DNA of 63,014 nucleotides, counting the filler, from Reclinomonas americana ATCC 50394 (taxonomy: Eukaryota), in NCBI GenBank assembly GCA_048213135.1. It is 5 parts of 2 records of this genome, joined end to end, with 100 filler letters (N's around TTAATTAATTAA, not from the genome) between each part and the next. Parts side by side here need not be neighbours in the genome. Positions count along the whole stretch, not along the records: positions 19,756 to 41,276 come from PS015209.1; positions 41,377 to 46,686 come from PS015209.1; positions 46,787 to 56,364 come from PS015212.1; 2 more parts are not named here. One strand, given 5' to 3'. The notes beneath the pieces were generated by a model. That model did not search any database. It was not told where the DNA came from and was given only the letters and a program-made list of their open reading frames with translations. The position numbers and the translations under genes are program-made. Below are positions 34,501-47,479 of this stretch, one piece after another (positions within the stretch are counted from its first letter, which is position 1; each line of letters opens with the position of its first letter).

Positions 34501-37500
34501 NNNNNNNNNNNNNNNNNNNNNNNNNNNNNNNNNNNNNNNNNNNNNNNNNNNNNNAAGGGAAGGAGGAAGGGGAAATGGAATGGGGAGACGGAAGGGGGAG
34601 ACGGAAAGGGGAGACGGAAGGGGAAGAGGGAAGGGGGAGACGGAAGGGGGAGACGGAAGGGGGAGACGGAAGGGGGAGACGGAAGGGGGGACGGAAGGGG
34701 AAGGAGGAAAGGGGGACAGGGAGAAGGGGAAGGAAGCGGGGAAAGGGGGCAGTGGAAGGCGCGAAGGGGAAGGGGAAGGGGAGACGGAAGGGGGAGACGG
34801 AAGGGAAAATAGAATGGGAAGATGGTAGAGGGGAAGAAGAGGTGGAAAGGGAGAAGAACAGGATTCGTGATACACAATGCAATCAGTTGCCCAACTCACC
34901 GGCAGTCGCGTGTGCGCAACAGCGCCAGTTTGTCGCATCCCTCGCACGACAGCTCTTCCACACCCGCGCAGCTGTTGATCTCCAACTGTTCCAGCACGTC
35001 TGTTCGACGGCGCGTGTGGGAAAACACAAGAAGGCGACTGCCACGACCAGGAATGTGCAGACAAACCGCAGCGAAACAAGATGCGTGCCACTTGCTGGAA
35101 CCCGTGAAAACCAATGTGTGTGACCGACGGTGATAATAGCGTAAGGTCGCGCAGCAGCGAGTGTGGACACACGAGTTCGATCTCGCGCAGTTGCAAGCAC
35201 TGCGGTGACACGCAAATAGAAGTGAGGGGCCGACTGGCTACTTTCGCACAACCGTCGCAGCGTACCAGTTCAAATATCAACTGCGCCATTGGCGGCGTGA
35301 AGGTGGGCCAGTTGCGAATGTGCAAGTTGGTCAGCAGCTGACACTCTTCCTGCACCGGTGGATGATGGGGAACGCCATCATTCAGCATGCAAGGTACAGA
35401 GAGCAAGCCTTGCGCTCGACTCACCAGAAACCGATGCAAACAGTCAAACGACACCTCGCCAAAGTCGGCGCGCAACACGCGCAGCTCACGACAGGCCATG
35501 AGACCCACCAGTTCGACGTCGCCAATCGCCACATTTCCCATGCCATCCAGTCGCACCGAGGTGAGTTTCTGCGAGGTCACTTGTCAGTGATCCACCTCAC
35601 CAACACAGCGAGAGAGTTGAGGGGAGGAGACGCACCGGGCACGAGGAGGCCAGGATGTGCACTGCGCGCTGCGTCAGTCCGCGACAGAACTCAATGTTCA
35701 GTTCCTGTGGGCGAGTGTCGTCAGCGATCACCGAGGAAATCACCGTCACGGGGTCAAGAGTAACCTCGATGGACCACAGACTCGACAGGAACTCCTGCAA
35801 GCCCTGATCGGTGATGCGCTGCTGGCCAGAGAGTGTGGCCGAGCGCAGGTGTGTCAGACGGCCCAGTTCACGCAGCGACGCGTCGTTGATCAAGAACGAG
35901 TTGGCCGCCGAGTTGCTGGGAGTGGCGGTGGCAGTGGCGGCGGCGGCTGCAGCAGCAGCGGCTTGGACAGCACCGTCGTCGACACCGGTGGTCTCGGAGG
36001 GGTGGGAGGCCGCTTGCAGCAGCAGCTTCTCCACTGATCCGCAGAGCTCCGTGAAGAGCCGGAACTGAGAAGGGGAAGGGGGGAAGGGAGAAGGGGGAAG
36101 GGGGAAAGGGGATAAGGGGAAGGGATGGGGGAGAGAAGGGGGAAGGCAAGGGGGAAGACAAGGAAGAAGACACAATGGGGAAGATGAAAAGGGGCAGGGC
36201 GGAAGGAAGGAATACAAGTGAAGAGAGAACGGGAGTGAGTGGGAGACGAGCGATGGCGAGGAAGAAAACAAGAGAAGACGGACACACAAAGAACAACGAG
36301 AAGAATTGAAGACCGGAGAACAATACATGCATGAGGAATAAGAAATGGGGAGGAGGAGAGGGAAGTGGTAGCGCAAGGTGAAGGACAACTAAGAAGAGAA
36401 GAACAAGAAAACAAGAGGAGACGAAGAAGAACAAGGGAGGACGAGGGGAGGAAGAGAAGAAGGACCGACAGCTCCCTTTCTTTGTCATGCACGTACATTC
36501 TGTGGAGTCAAATCCCGACAATCACGCGGGAACACCACACTGCGCAGTCGCTCCCGTTCATGCAACGCACGCAGCAGCTGTGAACAAACAAAGATCGTGA
36601 GAGATGCACAGAGAGAAAATGAAAGAGAGAACAACATGCATCGCGATCGACTTGTCTCTTGTGAAAGGGAAAGAGACACTCACAGAGACAGAGACTGAGA
36701 ATCAGGATGAAGAAAGGCACAGAGCCTCATGCATCGCGCTCAACTTGTTAGAGAGAACGACGGCATACACAGACAGAGACAGAGAATGAGAAAGAGAGGC
36801 ACAGAGAGCTTCATGTATCACTCAACTTGTCTTACTTGTTAAGAACGACGGGCTCTCTTTCTCCCTCTCACACTCACAAACAGAGAATGAGAAAGAGAAA
36901 GAGGAGAAGGAAAGAGAGCTTCATGCATCGCGCTCAACTTGTCTCTCTCATGAGAGAAGGAGACACCCGCACACACAACAGACAGACAGGGCAAAGAATG
37001 CGGAAGAAGAGAAAGAGGAAGAGAAGGATAGCACAATGCATCGAGCTCAACTTGTCTCTTGTAATAGAGAAGGAGACACCCGCACACTTTCTCTCTCTTT
37101 CTCCCAGGCAGACAGAGAATGAGAATGAGAATGAAAGAGGAAGAGGAAGAGAAAGAGAAGGAAACAGTCATCTCTCTTGTGTGCGTTTGAGAGAAAGAGG
37201 CTCTCTCTCCCTCTCCCTCTCCCTCCTCTCTCCCTCTCTTCTCTCTCCCCTCTCCCCTCCCTCTCCCTCTCTCTCTCTCACACACACACATGCGCGCAAC
37301 AGCAAGAATGTTCCTCATGGAAGGCGGCAGATAACCTGTCTCCATCAGCAACTGCAGATTGAGAGCGGCTGGTGCGCGTCGAGCCACATAGTGTAAGCGA
37401 CGCGACACGAGACAGAGCGAGAGGAATCGCTCGGAGAGTGGGAGGAACTGTATGTGAGAGAGAGTGAGTGAGGCAGAGAGTGTGTGTGCATATGGGGTGT

Positions 37501-37555
37501 TCATCGCAACCTGCAGTACATGCGAGAGGACCTCTGTGGGCAGAGTGCCGAGCAT
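31545..37555 (-). CDS. F-box/LRR-repeat protein (FBXL-like)
   Basis: N-terminal F-box MLGTLPTEVLSHVLQFLPLSERFLSLCLVSRRLH, then many LxxLxLxxCxx(I/L)TD repeats (QRITDQGL, FCRGLT, LILDGCEGL, LRKCDGITE). Confidence 0.85.
36590..37100. repeat. Intronic tandem repeat resembling the adjacent exon start
   Basis: About five copies of (TT)CATGCATCGCGCTCAACTTGT. Confidence 0.8.
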
Positions 37556-37704
37556 GCATGCCCCTCTCGGATTTGTGATTGGTGTGATTGGATTGGTTGA
37601 TTGTAGGACAGGCAAGCGTTTTCATTGGTCCCTTTTCTCCCATTTTTGATACAGATTCGTGCAGCCAGAGCCTCCGGCAGCAGCGTTGTTCCGTGGCGGA
37701 TTGC

Positions 37705-38259
37705 TTAGGTGCGGATGATGACCGACTGTAGGTGGAGGTGAGCAAGAGAATGAGCTACAAGTGACTTGGAAAACGAACACACACCTTGATCTCCGTGTAC
37801 AGCCTGCAGTAATGCAGCACAAAAGAGTGTGGAGTGAGTGACAAGTTAAACACGTAGAGAAAGACAAAAGGTGGAAACGAAACTGTTGCATCGGAACCGC
37901 AGCGAGAAGCACAGACGAATCGGTGTGAGCAACAACAGTGTGATGCGTGTCAGCAGCACGCAAAACGACGCACCTCGAGAGCGTACTCGCCGTTATCGCG
38001 GCCGACACCCGACTCCTTGAAGCCGCCGAACGGCATGTCGCTCAGGAACTCGTTGTAGCTGTGCGGAATAATGAGGGGAAGAGAGGGGGAAGAGACGGAA
38101 AAGAGATAGACGCACCAGTTGACCCACACCGTGCCGGCGCGGACCTCGTCGATGAAGCGGAAGGCCTTGCCAATGTCTGTGATGGGTGATAAGGGAAGGA
38201 AAGGGAAAGGGGAAGGAGAAATGACGGGGAAGGGAAAAGGAACGATTCAAAGTGTGTAT

Positions 38260-38294
<35 letters not shown>

Positions 38295-40941
38295 TGGAAC
38301 AGAGAGTCAGAAAGAGACAATGCGTGGTGGGAGTGAGAGGTTGAGCGACAGACAGAGTCGTGCGCGCGCGTGTGTGAGAGAGAGAGAGAGAGGCGGGGAA
38401 AGGGTGGAACACAGAGTCAGAAAGAGACGATGCGTGGTGGGAGTGAGAGCAGAGCCAGGATTGAAGGGTGGACCAGAGAGACAAGGAGGGGGGCAGAACA
38501 GAGAGAGAAAGAGAGAGATTGAGTGGAACGAAAAACAGGGAGAGACAGAAAGCACAAAGGGCACAAACGCGAAGAGAAAAGAGCGAGCGCAAAAGACAGA
38601 AATCGTGGACAGGAGAGTTCTCCCGTGTGCGAGAAGCGCACGAAGAATGACGTGATAATCAACAATTGTCGACACTGACCCTTGGTGAGCACGGCAGCAG
38701 CCAGGCCTGCGACGAATCAACAGTGAGTGAATCATCCCACTGCAACAGAAGAGAGATTAATGGGGGACGAACCAAAGTTGCCGCTGTTGGCGCGGTGAAT
38801 GACCTGCGTAGCCACAATAAAGAGTGAGCGCACTGCAATACGAGGGGGGAGCACATGGGAAGACAGGATCGCACCTCGTCAACGTCCGTGAAGCGCATGA
38901 CGCACACGACCGGGCTGTACAGGGAAGAGCGGGTATGAGAAGCAGAGGAGGGCAAAAAAGGACACGGCCAGACGCACCCGAAGATCTCCTCCTTGGCAAT
39001 GGTCATGTCGTCGCTCACCTCGGTAAAGATGGTCGGCTGTCACCCGAAAGAGCTCAATGAGTGGAGGGAAAGGAGGGTTGAGGGGGTATAGTGAAGGAAA
39101 GAGGAAAGAGGAAGGGAAGTGTGTGAAGGGAAGCGAGGAGAGGACACAGTAAAACGCGCACTTTCACTCGCTCGCATTCTCACTCACAAACTGATTCACG
39201 CAGGCACATACACACACAATGCACACACGTCGCTCACATGCACTATAAAAAGGGAAGGGCGAACAGAGAGAGAGAGAGAGAACAGAGACGGAGAGGGCAA
39301 GTGAGACTGAGGAAGGGAGGGAGAATGGAACGGTAGGGATAATGAGCGAGATTGAGACAGGGAAAATGAGAGGCTAGTGCACAAGACACTCACCCACTCA
39401 CAGAAACACATATTCTTCCGTATCAGTAACTTCGCTCATGTCGCTCATACATACACTTGCAAACTATCACACTCACTCCGTATCACTCTTGTCTCTCATT
39501 CACGTCGCTCACTCGTGCACCCAGGCATTTGCAACCTAACACACACCCTCTCCCTCTCTATTCTCTCTCTCTCACGCACCTCGACAAAGTAGCCACGATC
39601 GCCGACACGCTTGCCACCGCACGCCAGGGTGGCACCCTCGGCCTTGCCCTTCTCTGCGACGTGGGGAGGTGGTAAGTGGTCGACGCTCGCACTTTTCTGG
39701 AAAGTCGACAACTCACCGATGTAGCCCATGACGCGGTCAAACTGCTCGTCGCTGACCTGCGGGCCCTGACTGCACGGACGGATGAGTCGCCACGACTCCA
39801 CACAGCACTCCGCGCATGCACAGACGCAACTCGGTCTCATGGTGGGTGGGGTCGCCGACCTTGCGGGTCTTCGCGAGGGCAACACTGCGTGCCACAAACT
39901 CGTCGTAGATGGCGTCCTCCACGTAGACTCGTGACGAGGCCGTGCACACCTGACCGGCGTTGAAGAAGATGCCCTGGTGGGCAGTCTCCACAGCGTGGTC
40001 GAGGTCCGCGTCCTTGAAGATGACCAGGGGGCTGAGGAAAGGGGAGGGGAAAAGACAAGAGTGACCACCAAGGAAAATAGAGAAGAAAACGGCAGCAAAG
40101 ACAGCAAGGGGCAAAAGACACAGATTCAACGAGACAAGAGGAAAAAATGTAGTTGGGGAAGCAACACACCTCTTGCCGCCGAGCTCCAGGCTGCAACGTT
40201 TCAGGCTGGCCTGCGCAAGAAGAGTGTCAAGGGTCTGTAGAAAGCGACACAAGCACAGGGTGATTGAATACCTTGGCTATGCGGTGGAAGTGATGGAAGA
40301 GGAGGAAGAGGAGACTGGTGAGTGAAATCGCTTGGGCATTTCGGGCGTGTGGAAAACAAACCGCAAGCTGTGCAGCGAGAGAATGAAATGAGTGAAATCG
40401 CCGAGTGAAAACAACGAAAGAGCATGGAAACGCACCTTGCTGAATGATCTTGCCGACCTCCAGCGAGCCAGTGAACGTGACTGGCAGACACATGAAGTCA
40501 GTCGCGTGATTTGTCATCGAATCACACCAAGGCGTGTACGCAACCCTTGTCAACGCCCGGGTGGGCAGTGATGGCGCCGCCAGCAGTCGGGCCGTAGCCT
40601 GCATTGGTATATTTAGCAGGCGGGATAATTACAGAGCACGACTGAGACGCGGCTCACCGGGGACGACGTTGAAGACTCCCGGCGGGAAGCCAGCCTCGCG
40701 CACAAGCTCAGCCATGCGCAACGCCGTCAAGGGGGTCTGCTCCGCAGGCCTGTGGGAAAGAGGTGAGCGACGGGAGATGACAAGTCAGCATGCGGTGTTG
40801 ACGCACTTCAGCACTGCGAAGATGAGAAGTCAGTCAGACAATTACAAAGGAGACAGAGAGGTAACATAGCACGAACCAATGGTGCAGCCCATGCAGAGAG
40901 CGGGGGCCATCTTCCACGTGGCCATCAGCAGCGGGAAGTTC
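37705..40941 (-). CDS. Aldehyde dehydrogenase, ALDH1/2 family, 5' partial
   Basis: [39 protein letters not shown] (catalytic Cys), [31 protein letters not shown]. Confidence 0.95.
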
Positions 40942-41117
40942 CTGCGCAACCCACAGTGAGCGAAGGGAGAAAGAAAAAGGAGAGAGAGGGGGAGGAGGGA
41001 GAGCGAGGAGAGGGAGAGGGAGAGAGAGAGTGGGAGAGGGAGAGACAAGACAGACGGAGACGGAGAGACGAAAGACAGGAGGAGAGAAAGAGAGATAGAG
41101 AGAAAGAGAGAGGGAGG

Positions 41118-41176
<59 letters not shown>

Positions 41177-41320
41177 GAAGAAGAAGAAGAAGAGTAGTAG
41201 AGAAAGACGACGAGACGAGAGAGGAGAGAGAGAGAGAGAGAGAGACGACGACGAGAGAGGAGGAGGAGACGACGACNNNNNNNNNNNNNNNNNNNNNNNN
41301 NNNNNNNNNNNNNNNNNNNN

Positions 41321-41332
41321 TTAATTAATTAA
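41321..41332. other. Artificial scaffold linker
   Basis: TTAATTAATTAA flanked by Ns. Confidence 0.97.
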
Positions 41333-41376
41333 NNNNNNNNNNNNNNNNNNNNNNNNNNNNNNNNNNNNNNNNNNNN

Positions 41377-42203
41377 CCCCCTTCGCCCCCCCTCGCCACG
41401 CAACATGGAAGAGCAACGTGCACGACCACTTGGCACGGAACTCACTCCACGCATTCGGTCTTCTCCAGCAGTAGAAGCCCAGGAGAATGCACATGCCGCC
41501 GCTGCCAATCATCAATCGCAATGCCACCATGGTCATCTGATCCACACACACAATCAGTCACAGAGAGAGAGAGAGAGAGAGAGAGAGCAGTGTGAGTGTG
41601 TATAACGCACTGGAGGGAACTCATCATCGGCCAGCTGCGTTACAAACAAAAAAAGCGACAACGTGAGGATAATGAGAAANNNNNNNNNNNNNNNNNNNNN
41701 NNNNNNNNNNNNNNNNNNNNNNNNNNNNNNNNNNNNNNNNNNNNNNNNNNNNNNNNNNNNNNNNNNNNNNNCAGTCTGTTTCGTAAGTCATGTGCTCACC
41801 TTGATGAATGTGAATGCAGACTGCAATCACGCACACACAGCACAGCACACACTGCATGAGTGACAAGAACAAGAGGAGGAGCGTGCCCTCACACACGCGC
41901 GTGCGTGCGGAACAACAAACATGATGGCCATCTCCCTCTCTCTCTCTCTCTCTCCACGCAACCTCCCCAGATGAGGCCGAGCAGCAGGAAAGCGCCAAAC
42001 GACTTCCACGTAAAGTTCTGCGGCTTGGCGTGGCCGGCCTGGGAGCCTGTTTTCAACGAGGAGGAGATCTGGGAGGAGCTGAGAGGCTTCCGCTCGTCGC
42101 TGGCGGGCACACTGGAGCCGCGAGCGAAGTTGTCGGTGAAGACGACGTTGCCGGAGGCGTTGCTTCCGAGGCCGTTGGCACCTCGCACTGCGCCGGCGCT
42201 CAT
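41377..42203 (-). CDS. Small hypothetical membrane protein
   Basis: MSAGAVRG... followed by a hydrophobic segment SFGAFLLLGLIWG-GTLLLLFLSL across a GTTGCG intron. No recognisable family. Confidence 0.35.
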
Positions 42204-43401
42204 AGATCTTACAATGTGTGCGACAACGTCTGTCTTTTGGACAGGGATTTGGACGGTGAAGTGGTGGTGTGTGGTGCTGCGGATGAGGGTACGGGAGTGT
42301 GGTTTGCGTGCTGGGTTGGAGAAAGATAAATGGGAAGGATACTTGACAACTTTTCTTCCAGTGTCCTGCCAGGGGTCACGAGTCAAGGGAAGAGGATGCA
42401 AGGGCCATGGGCCGAGAATTTAAAGCTTGAGATTGCAATTGAAAGGTAGAGGGCTCACTGACCGGGCAAGCGCTCGCGGAAAAGATTCAGGCCATTTGCA
42501 ACCTTTGCAAATTTGCCTCTTGCGTCGACGTCCTGCATGCACAGCTGCCAGAGGCGCAGTTATAAATCCAAAGCTACGGGGTCAAGAGTACGAAGGTCTA
42601 GATTGAAGGAAACACTGATCGGGCTTGCGGAAAGCACTTGCCTCTCGCTCGCCATTCGAATTCTGGGCCCGGGCTTGCGGACCGGATAAATAGGCTGACT
42701 GCAACCTTTGCCTCTCGCTCAGAGTCAAGAATAGGAGAGTATAGAGTTCAAGGGTAGGATCGCGTAGATGCACGTATGAGGCGAACGACCAATATGCGCC
42801 GGAGTCCACCGCTGTCCGCCGATTTGATCAATCATTTTCTTGAAGAGGTGCGCGGGGAGACAACTTGTCTGCGTTTTTCGGTTGCTTGTTTCGCTCCACG
42901 CCCTGTGTGCGTGCACGTGTGTGGTCTCTCTCTCTCTCTNNNNNNNNNNNNNNNNNNNNNNNNNNNNNNNNNNNNNNNNNNNNNNNNNNNNNNNNNNNNN
43001 NNNNNNNNNNNNNNNNNNNNNNNNNNNNNNNNNNNNNNNNNNNNNNNNNNNNNNNNNNNNNNNNNNNNNNNNNNNNNNNNNNNNNNNNNNNNNNNNNNNN
43101 NNNNNNNNNNNNNNNNNNNNNNNNNNNNNNNNNNNNNNNNNNNNNNNNNNNNNNNNNNNNNNNNNNNNNNNNNNNNNNNNNNNNNNNNNNNNNNNNNNNN
43201 NNNNNNNNNNNNNNNNNNNNNNNNNNNNNNNNNNNNNNNNNNNNNNNNNNNNNNNNNNNNNNNNNNNNNNNNNNNNNNNNNNNNNNNNNNNNNNNNNNNN
43301 NNNNNNNNNNNNNNNNNNNNNNNNNNNNNNNNNNNNNNNNNNNNNNNNNNNNNNNNNNNNNNNNNNNNNNNNNNNNNNNNNNNNNNNNNNNNNNNNNNNN
43401 N

Positions 43402-43430
43402 NCACACACACACACACACACACTCTCTCT

Positions 43431-43506
<76 letters not shown>
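43402..43506. repeat. (CA)n microsatellite
   Basis: Near-pure CA run. Confidence 0.95.
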
Positions 43507-43509
<3 letters not shown>

Positions 43510-43590
43510 TCATCTTTTTGTGCGGCGACCGTTACACTTTTTTCGCGCGCATCGGAATTGCGTACATTTACCCTCCCTTCCTTCTTGCAG

Positions 43591-46069
43591 CTTCTCCCAG
43601 CACCGTCTACCTGCGTGCGGGTAACACCAAGACCACTCAGGAGGCCATCACCTTCACCGGCATCTCCCCGGCTGTGACCGCCTCTTCGGTGTTCACCATC
43701 CGCAGCGCCGCCGACTGCAGCGGTGCCGACTCGCCCACCACCACTCTCGGTGCCGTCACTCTGACGGCCGGTGCCTCGCAGGCCCTGACTATCATCTCCA
43801 CTGCCGAAACCGCTGCAGCGACTCGCTACCTGTGCCACGATCCCGATGGCGCCGGTGCTGCCGCCAACCAGTCGATTTCCAAGATCCAGATCTGTTGCGT
43901 CAACTCACGCTCTCTTTTCACGATGCCTCTCTGACTGACACCCACCACCACAGTCTCCACGTCCTCGGCCTCGCCGTCGTCGCTGCCGTCGGGCTCTGCC
44001 TCGCTTACGCTGACGGTCCTTGGCTCCAACCTGGCGGCTCCATCGTCGGCCAACTTCTACCTCACTGCCACCGATCCGGGAGCAGCCACCAACGCTTGCA
44101 GTGCCACTGCCGTGACGGGAACTTCTGTGACCTTTGCTCGCGCCTCGGCCACCACCGTTGTGTTCACGGTGGCCACGGCGACCACCTTCGCGGGGTCCAG
44201 TGCGCAGGCTGTGACCACACCGACCGCCACCCAGTTCTGCACTGCTCCGGCTGCCGCAACCTACTACCTCTGCGGCTCGTTGCGTTTCCGTTTGTGTGTG
44301 TGCCACAAGACTGCATCATTCGGCTCTTCTCAACACTGCTTCTTTGCCTGCGCAGGTTCCAGAACTCCGGCACCAACAACCTCATCAGTGCTGTGGGCAT
44401 TGTCGATCCGTCGGCCATGCAGATCGCCTTCGCCAACCCGACCGTGCTCAACTACAACGCCGCCAACACCATCACCATCTCTGACGCGGCCAAGTCGCTG
44501 AACAGCTGCACTCGCTTCAAGATCATTCGCCCCGACCAGACTTGCGCCGACGATGTCAGTTTCGTACGCGCACACACCCTCAAGCCGTTGCCCGGCTGTG
44601 TGCGCCGCTGTGAAACTCATTCATCTTTCTCTGTCTCTGCACAGCCGCCTCGTCAGCCACGGCCAACACGAACAACGCCACTGGCGCCCTGGGCACCGTC
44701 AACACCTACACGCCCGGCAGCTTTGACGCTTCGAGCTGCTTCGACTCGTCCACTGGCTGCAACTTCTTCAAGATCTCGTTCACCCCGCAGCAGCCGGGCA
44801 CTTTCCGCTTGTGCGCCAGCCGCAACAATTCGGCATTTGCAGCCATTCCGGGCGAGCAGTTTGTCTCCGGCATGCAGCAGGCGCAGGGTTCCCCCGCAGC
44901 CATTGCCACAGTTGAGACAAACACGTTTGGAGAAAATGGGTTGAGTCCTTCTCACCAGTGTTGCTTCGACTATTGATTGCAGTTCGGCACTCCGGGTACG
45001 GTGCGCACCGCCGTCGCCTCCGCCACCTTCCCGGTCACCTTCCCCGCGATTCCGCGCATCCTCGTTGGCTTCACGGCATACGCTGGCAGCACGGCGGTGG
45101 ACACTGGCGTGTCGTGCGGTACCCCCTCGGTGACTGCGACTGGCTTCAGCACCACCTGCACCGCCCTCCGCGCTGCCACTGCCACCAGTCTCCAGCTTGG
45201 TGAGAGCAATCCCCCACGCCTGTGTCGTCTCTCGTTGTGCCTCACTCCTGCTGTGATGCCAGCGTACTTTGCGTTCTACGCGCACTCCTCCAAGGCATTC
45301 TCGTTCGATGGTCAGCGCATGCTCAGCAACGGCGCCTCCTGGAACAGTGTCGCCACTGCCAAGTCGTCATCGACTGTTGCGTATACTCGGCACCACGGAT
45401 GAGTGAGCGGTGTGGCGCGATGAGTGCCAACACGTGCGTGTCATGTGCAGAACACCAGCGTGTCGAACATTTACGCGTTCGGCACTGCGCCTTCGGTCGC
45501 TGTTGCGTTGATGGGTGCTGCCACTCGTCGCTTCGGAACCACCAATCTAGACTTCCGCAACGACGTTTTCTACGGCTCGATCGCTTCCGTGTCGTCGATG
45601 GCCTTCACCCTGCGCGGTGTGGTGTCTGGCAACGCGCGTGTGGACTCGTTCGGCACACGCTACATTGCTGGCCCGGCGGTCGCGGACTCGAAGAACACGA
45701 GCGGCTTTGTTGTGCTGACTGGCGGTGAGTATCATGCTCCCTTTTGTATTTGGTCACCCACGTACTCACATTCCGCTGCGTGTTATTGTTGTTGTTGCAG
45801 AGGGCGAGGCCACGAGTGCTTCCGCGGTGAACCTTACTTTCGCCAACAGCCGCCGCCTGTTGCAGACCAACTTCCGCGCTCAGCAGTTCATCCGCGGCCT
45901 GGACAACACCGGTGGCGCTGGAGGCACTGCCAATGTTTCCGTGAGCGCCATTGCCGGCTACGACACCAACGGCAGCGCCACCGACTGGGAGGGTGTGACG
46001 ATCACCATTGCCAACGTTGGCAACAAGGTGCAAGTGTCGTACATTGCACTCGGCACCCCGGCTCCGTAA
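43591..46069 (+). CDS. Ser/Thr/Ala-rich, probably secreted protein with about three C-terminal H-type-lectin-like repeats (5' end in gap)
   Basis: Beta-rich Cys-paired N-terminal repeats (YLC, FRLC), then VTFPAIPRILVGF...SVTATGFS, FGTAPSVAVAL...VSSMAFTL...RYIA and FIRGLD...VSYIALG, resembling the H-type lectin FxxxPxVxV...TxxGF...xYIA pattern. Stop at 46069. Confidence 0.6.
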
Positions 46070-46730
46070 GAGAGAAAAAAGATCCACAGCAAGTGGCACG
46101 CCCCGCTCTGTCTGCGCCTGCCTATTCGCATCCTTTCTTCTGTTTTCCTCTCCTCCTCCTCCTCTTCCTCCATTGCATACGCACTCGAACAGTTGTTGTC
46201 ACTGGCAGCGACTCAATCATTGAAGTGCGAAGTGCTTGCTGGCATGCATCTGCTTCCCAGGAGGCATCGTGCGAAGGCGAAAGAACGTTCACAACTATTC
46301 GAGCATGCTCTTCTCCGACACCGCAAGCCGGGCCCAGCGAATGCATGGACTGCGGGTCAATAACATAAGTGTTGAAGCGCCGCGGCAGAGCGTCCAGGAC
46401 CCGACCTGCATGGACACTTGTCGCATCTGATCATGAAAGGCCGACGCAGATATCGAAGTTGTCCTGCGTCCAAAAAAATCGTCACCACGCGCGCTTCCTT
46501 TTAATACCTACTTCCAGCGCAGAGTCTGTGCACACCGTATTCATCGCTGCACGCGTGGTTACGGGGCTTGTACGTGAGAATCAGTCGGACAATTGCGTCC
46601 CACCACCGACTCCCGACGTCGCCCAGCAGTTTACAGTGCAAAGTCGCGCAATCATGGCGACGATGCTGGGGTTCGTCTCTTCTCCTNNNNNNNNNNNNNN
46701 NNNNNNNNNNNNNNNNNNNNNNNNNNNNNN

Positions 46731-46742
46731 TTAATTAATTAA
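46731..46742. other. Artificial scaffold linker
   Basis: TTAATTAATTAA flanked by Ns. Confidence 0.97.
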
Positions 46743-46786
46743 NNNNNNNNNNNNNNNNNNNNNNNNNNNNNNNNNNNNNNNNNNNN

Positions 46787-47183
46787 GCGCCACCGCCTTG
46801 GGCCACCATGAGTGCCGGCTACGACGTCGACATGGCGCCGCCGGGCCTCGAACCCACCCCGCCTGGTCTCGGGCACGCATACGCACACCACGCGCACCAT
46901 GCTGCTGCTGGTGCAGGTGCGTACGGCGCCATGCCCCCTCCCCCGCCGCCTCCACCGGAGGAAGAGGAGGATCCGTCACTGGCCAATGCGCCCTGGTTGA
47001 ACCCCAATGCCCCAATTCGCGACAGCCGAGATGTGCGTGTGTCTGTGTCGGTGCTGGTGTGGCCAGATGGACATGGCCACACTCACTCTCTTCTCTGTGT
47101 GTGTGCGCAGGATAAGCCACTCATGGGCGACCCATTTGCACCGGGATTCCTCGCCGAGCCCGCAGTGCCACTCGCACCAAAGA
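46787..47183 (+). CDS. Proline-rich protein fragment
   Basis: PPPPPPPPEEEEDPSLANAPWLNP, intron GTGCGT...GCAG, then DKPLMGDPFAPG. Confidence 0.45.
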
Positions 47184-47479
47184 NNNNNNNNNNNNNNNNN
47201 NNNTGCCATTCTGCAAGTGTGTGTGATTTGATGTGACAATCGCTGTGTCCCATGCGTCGTCCTTTTTGTCGCGACGTCGGCGATGTGTGCCAGAACGAGT
47301 GTGGTGCGCTGGTGCGCTTGTGTGTACGTGCCGTCGGCTACAAGCTGCGCATGGGAGAAGGAGCGAGAGTGTGCGACGACGTCCTTGCTGTCGGATCGAC
47401 AGAATTTTCCGATCAAATTTGTTCTTTGTATACGATGTGGAGCGAGAATTGCAGGGAGCAGGCAGTGAACGGCAGTGAA

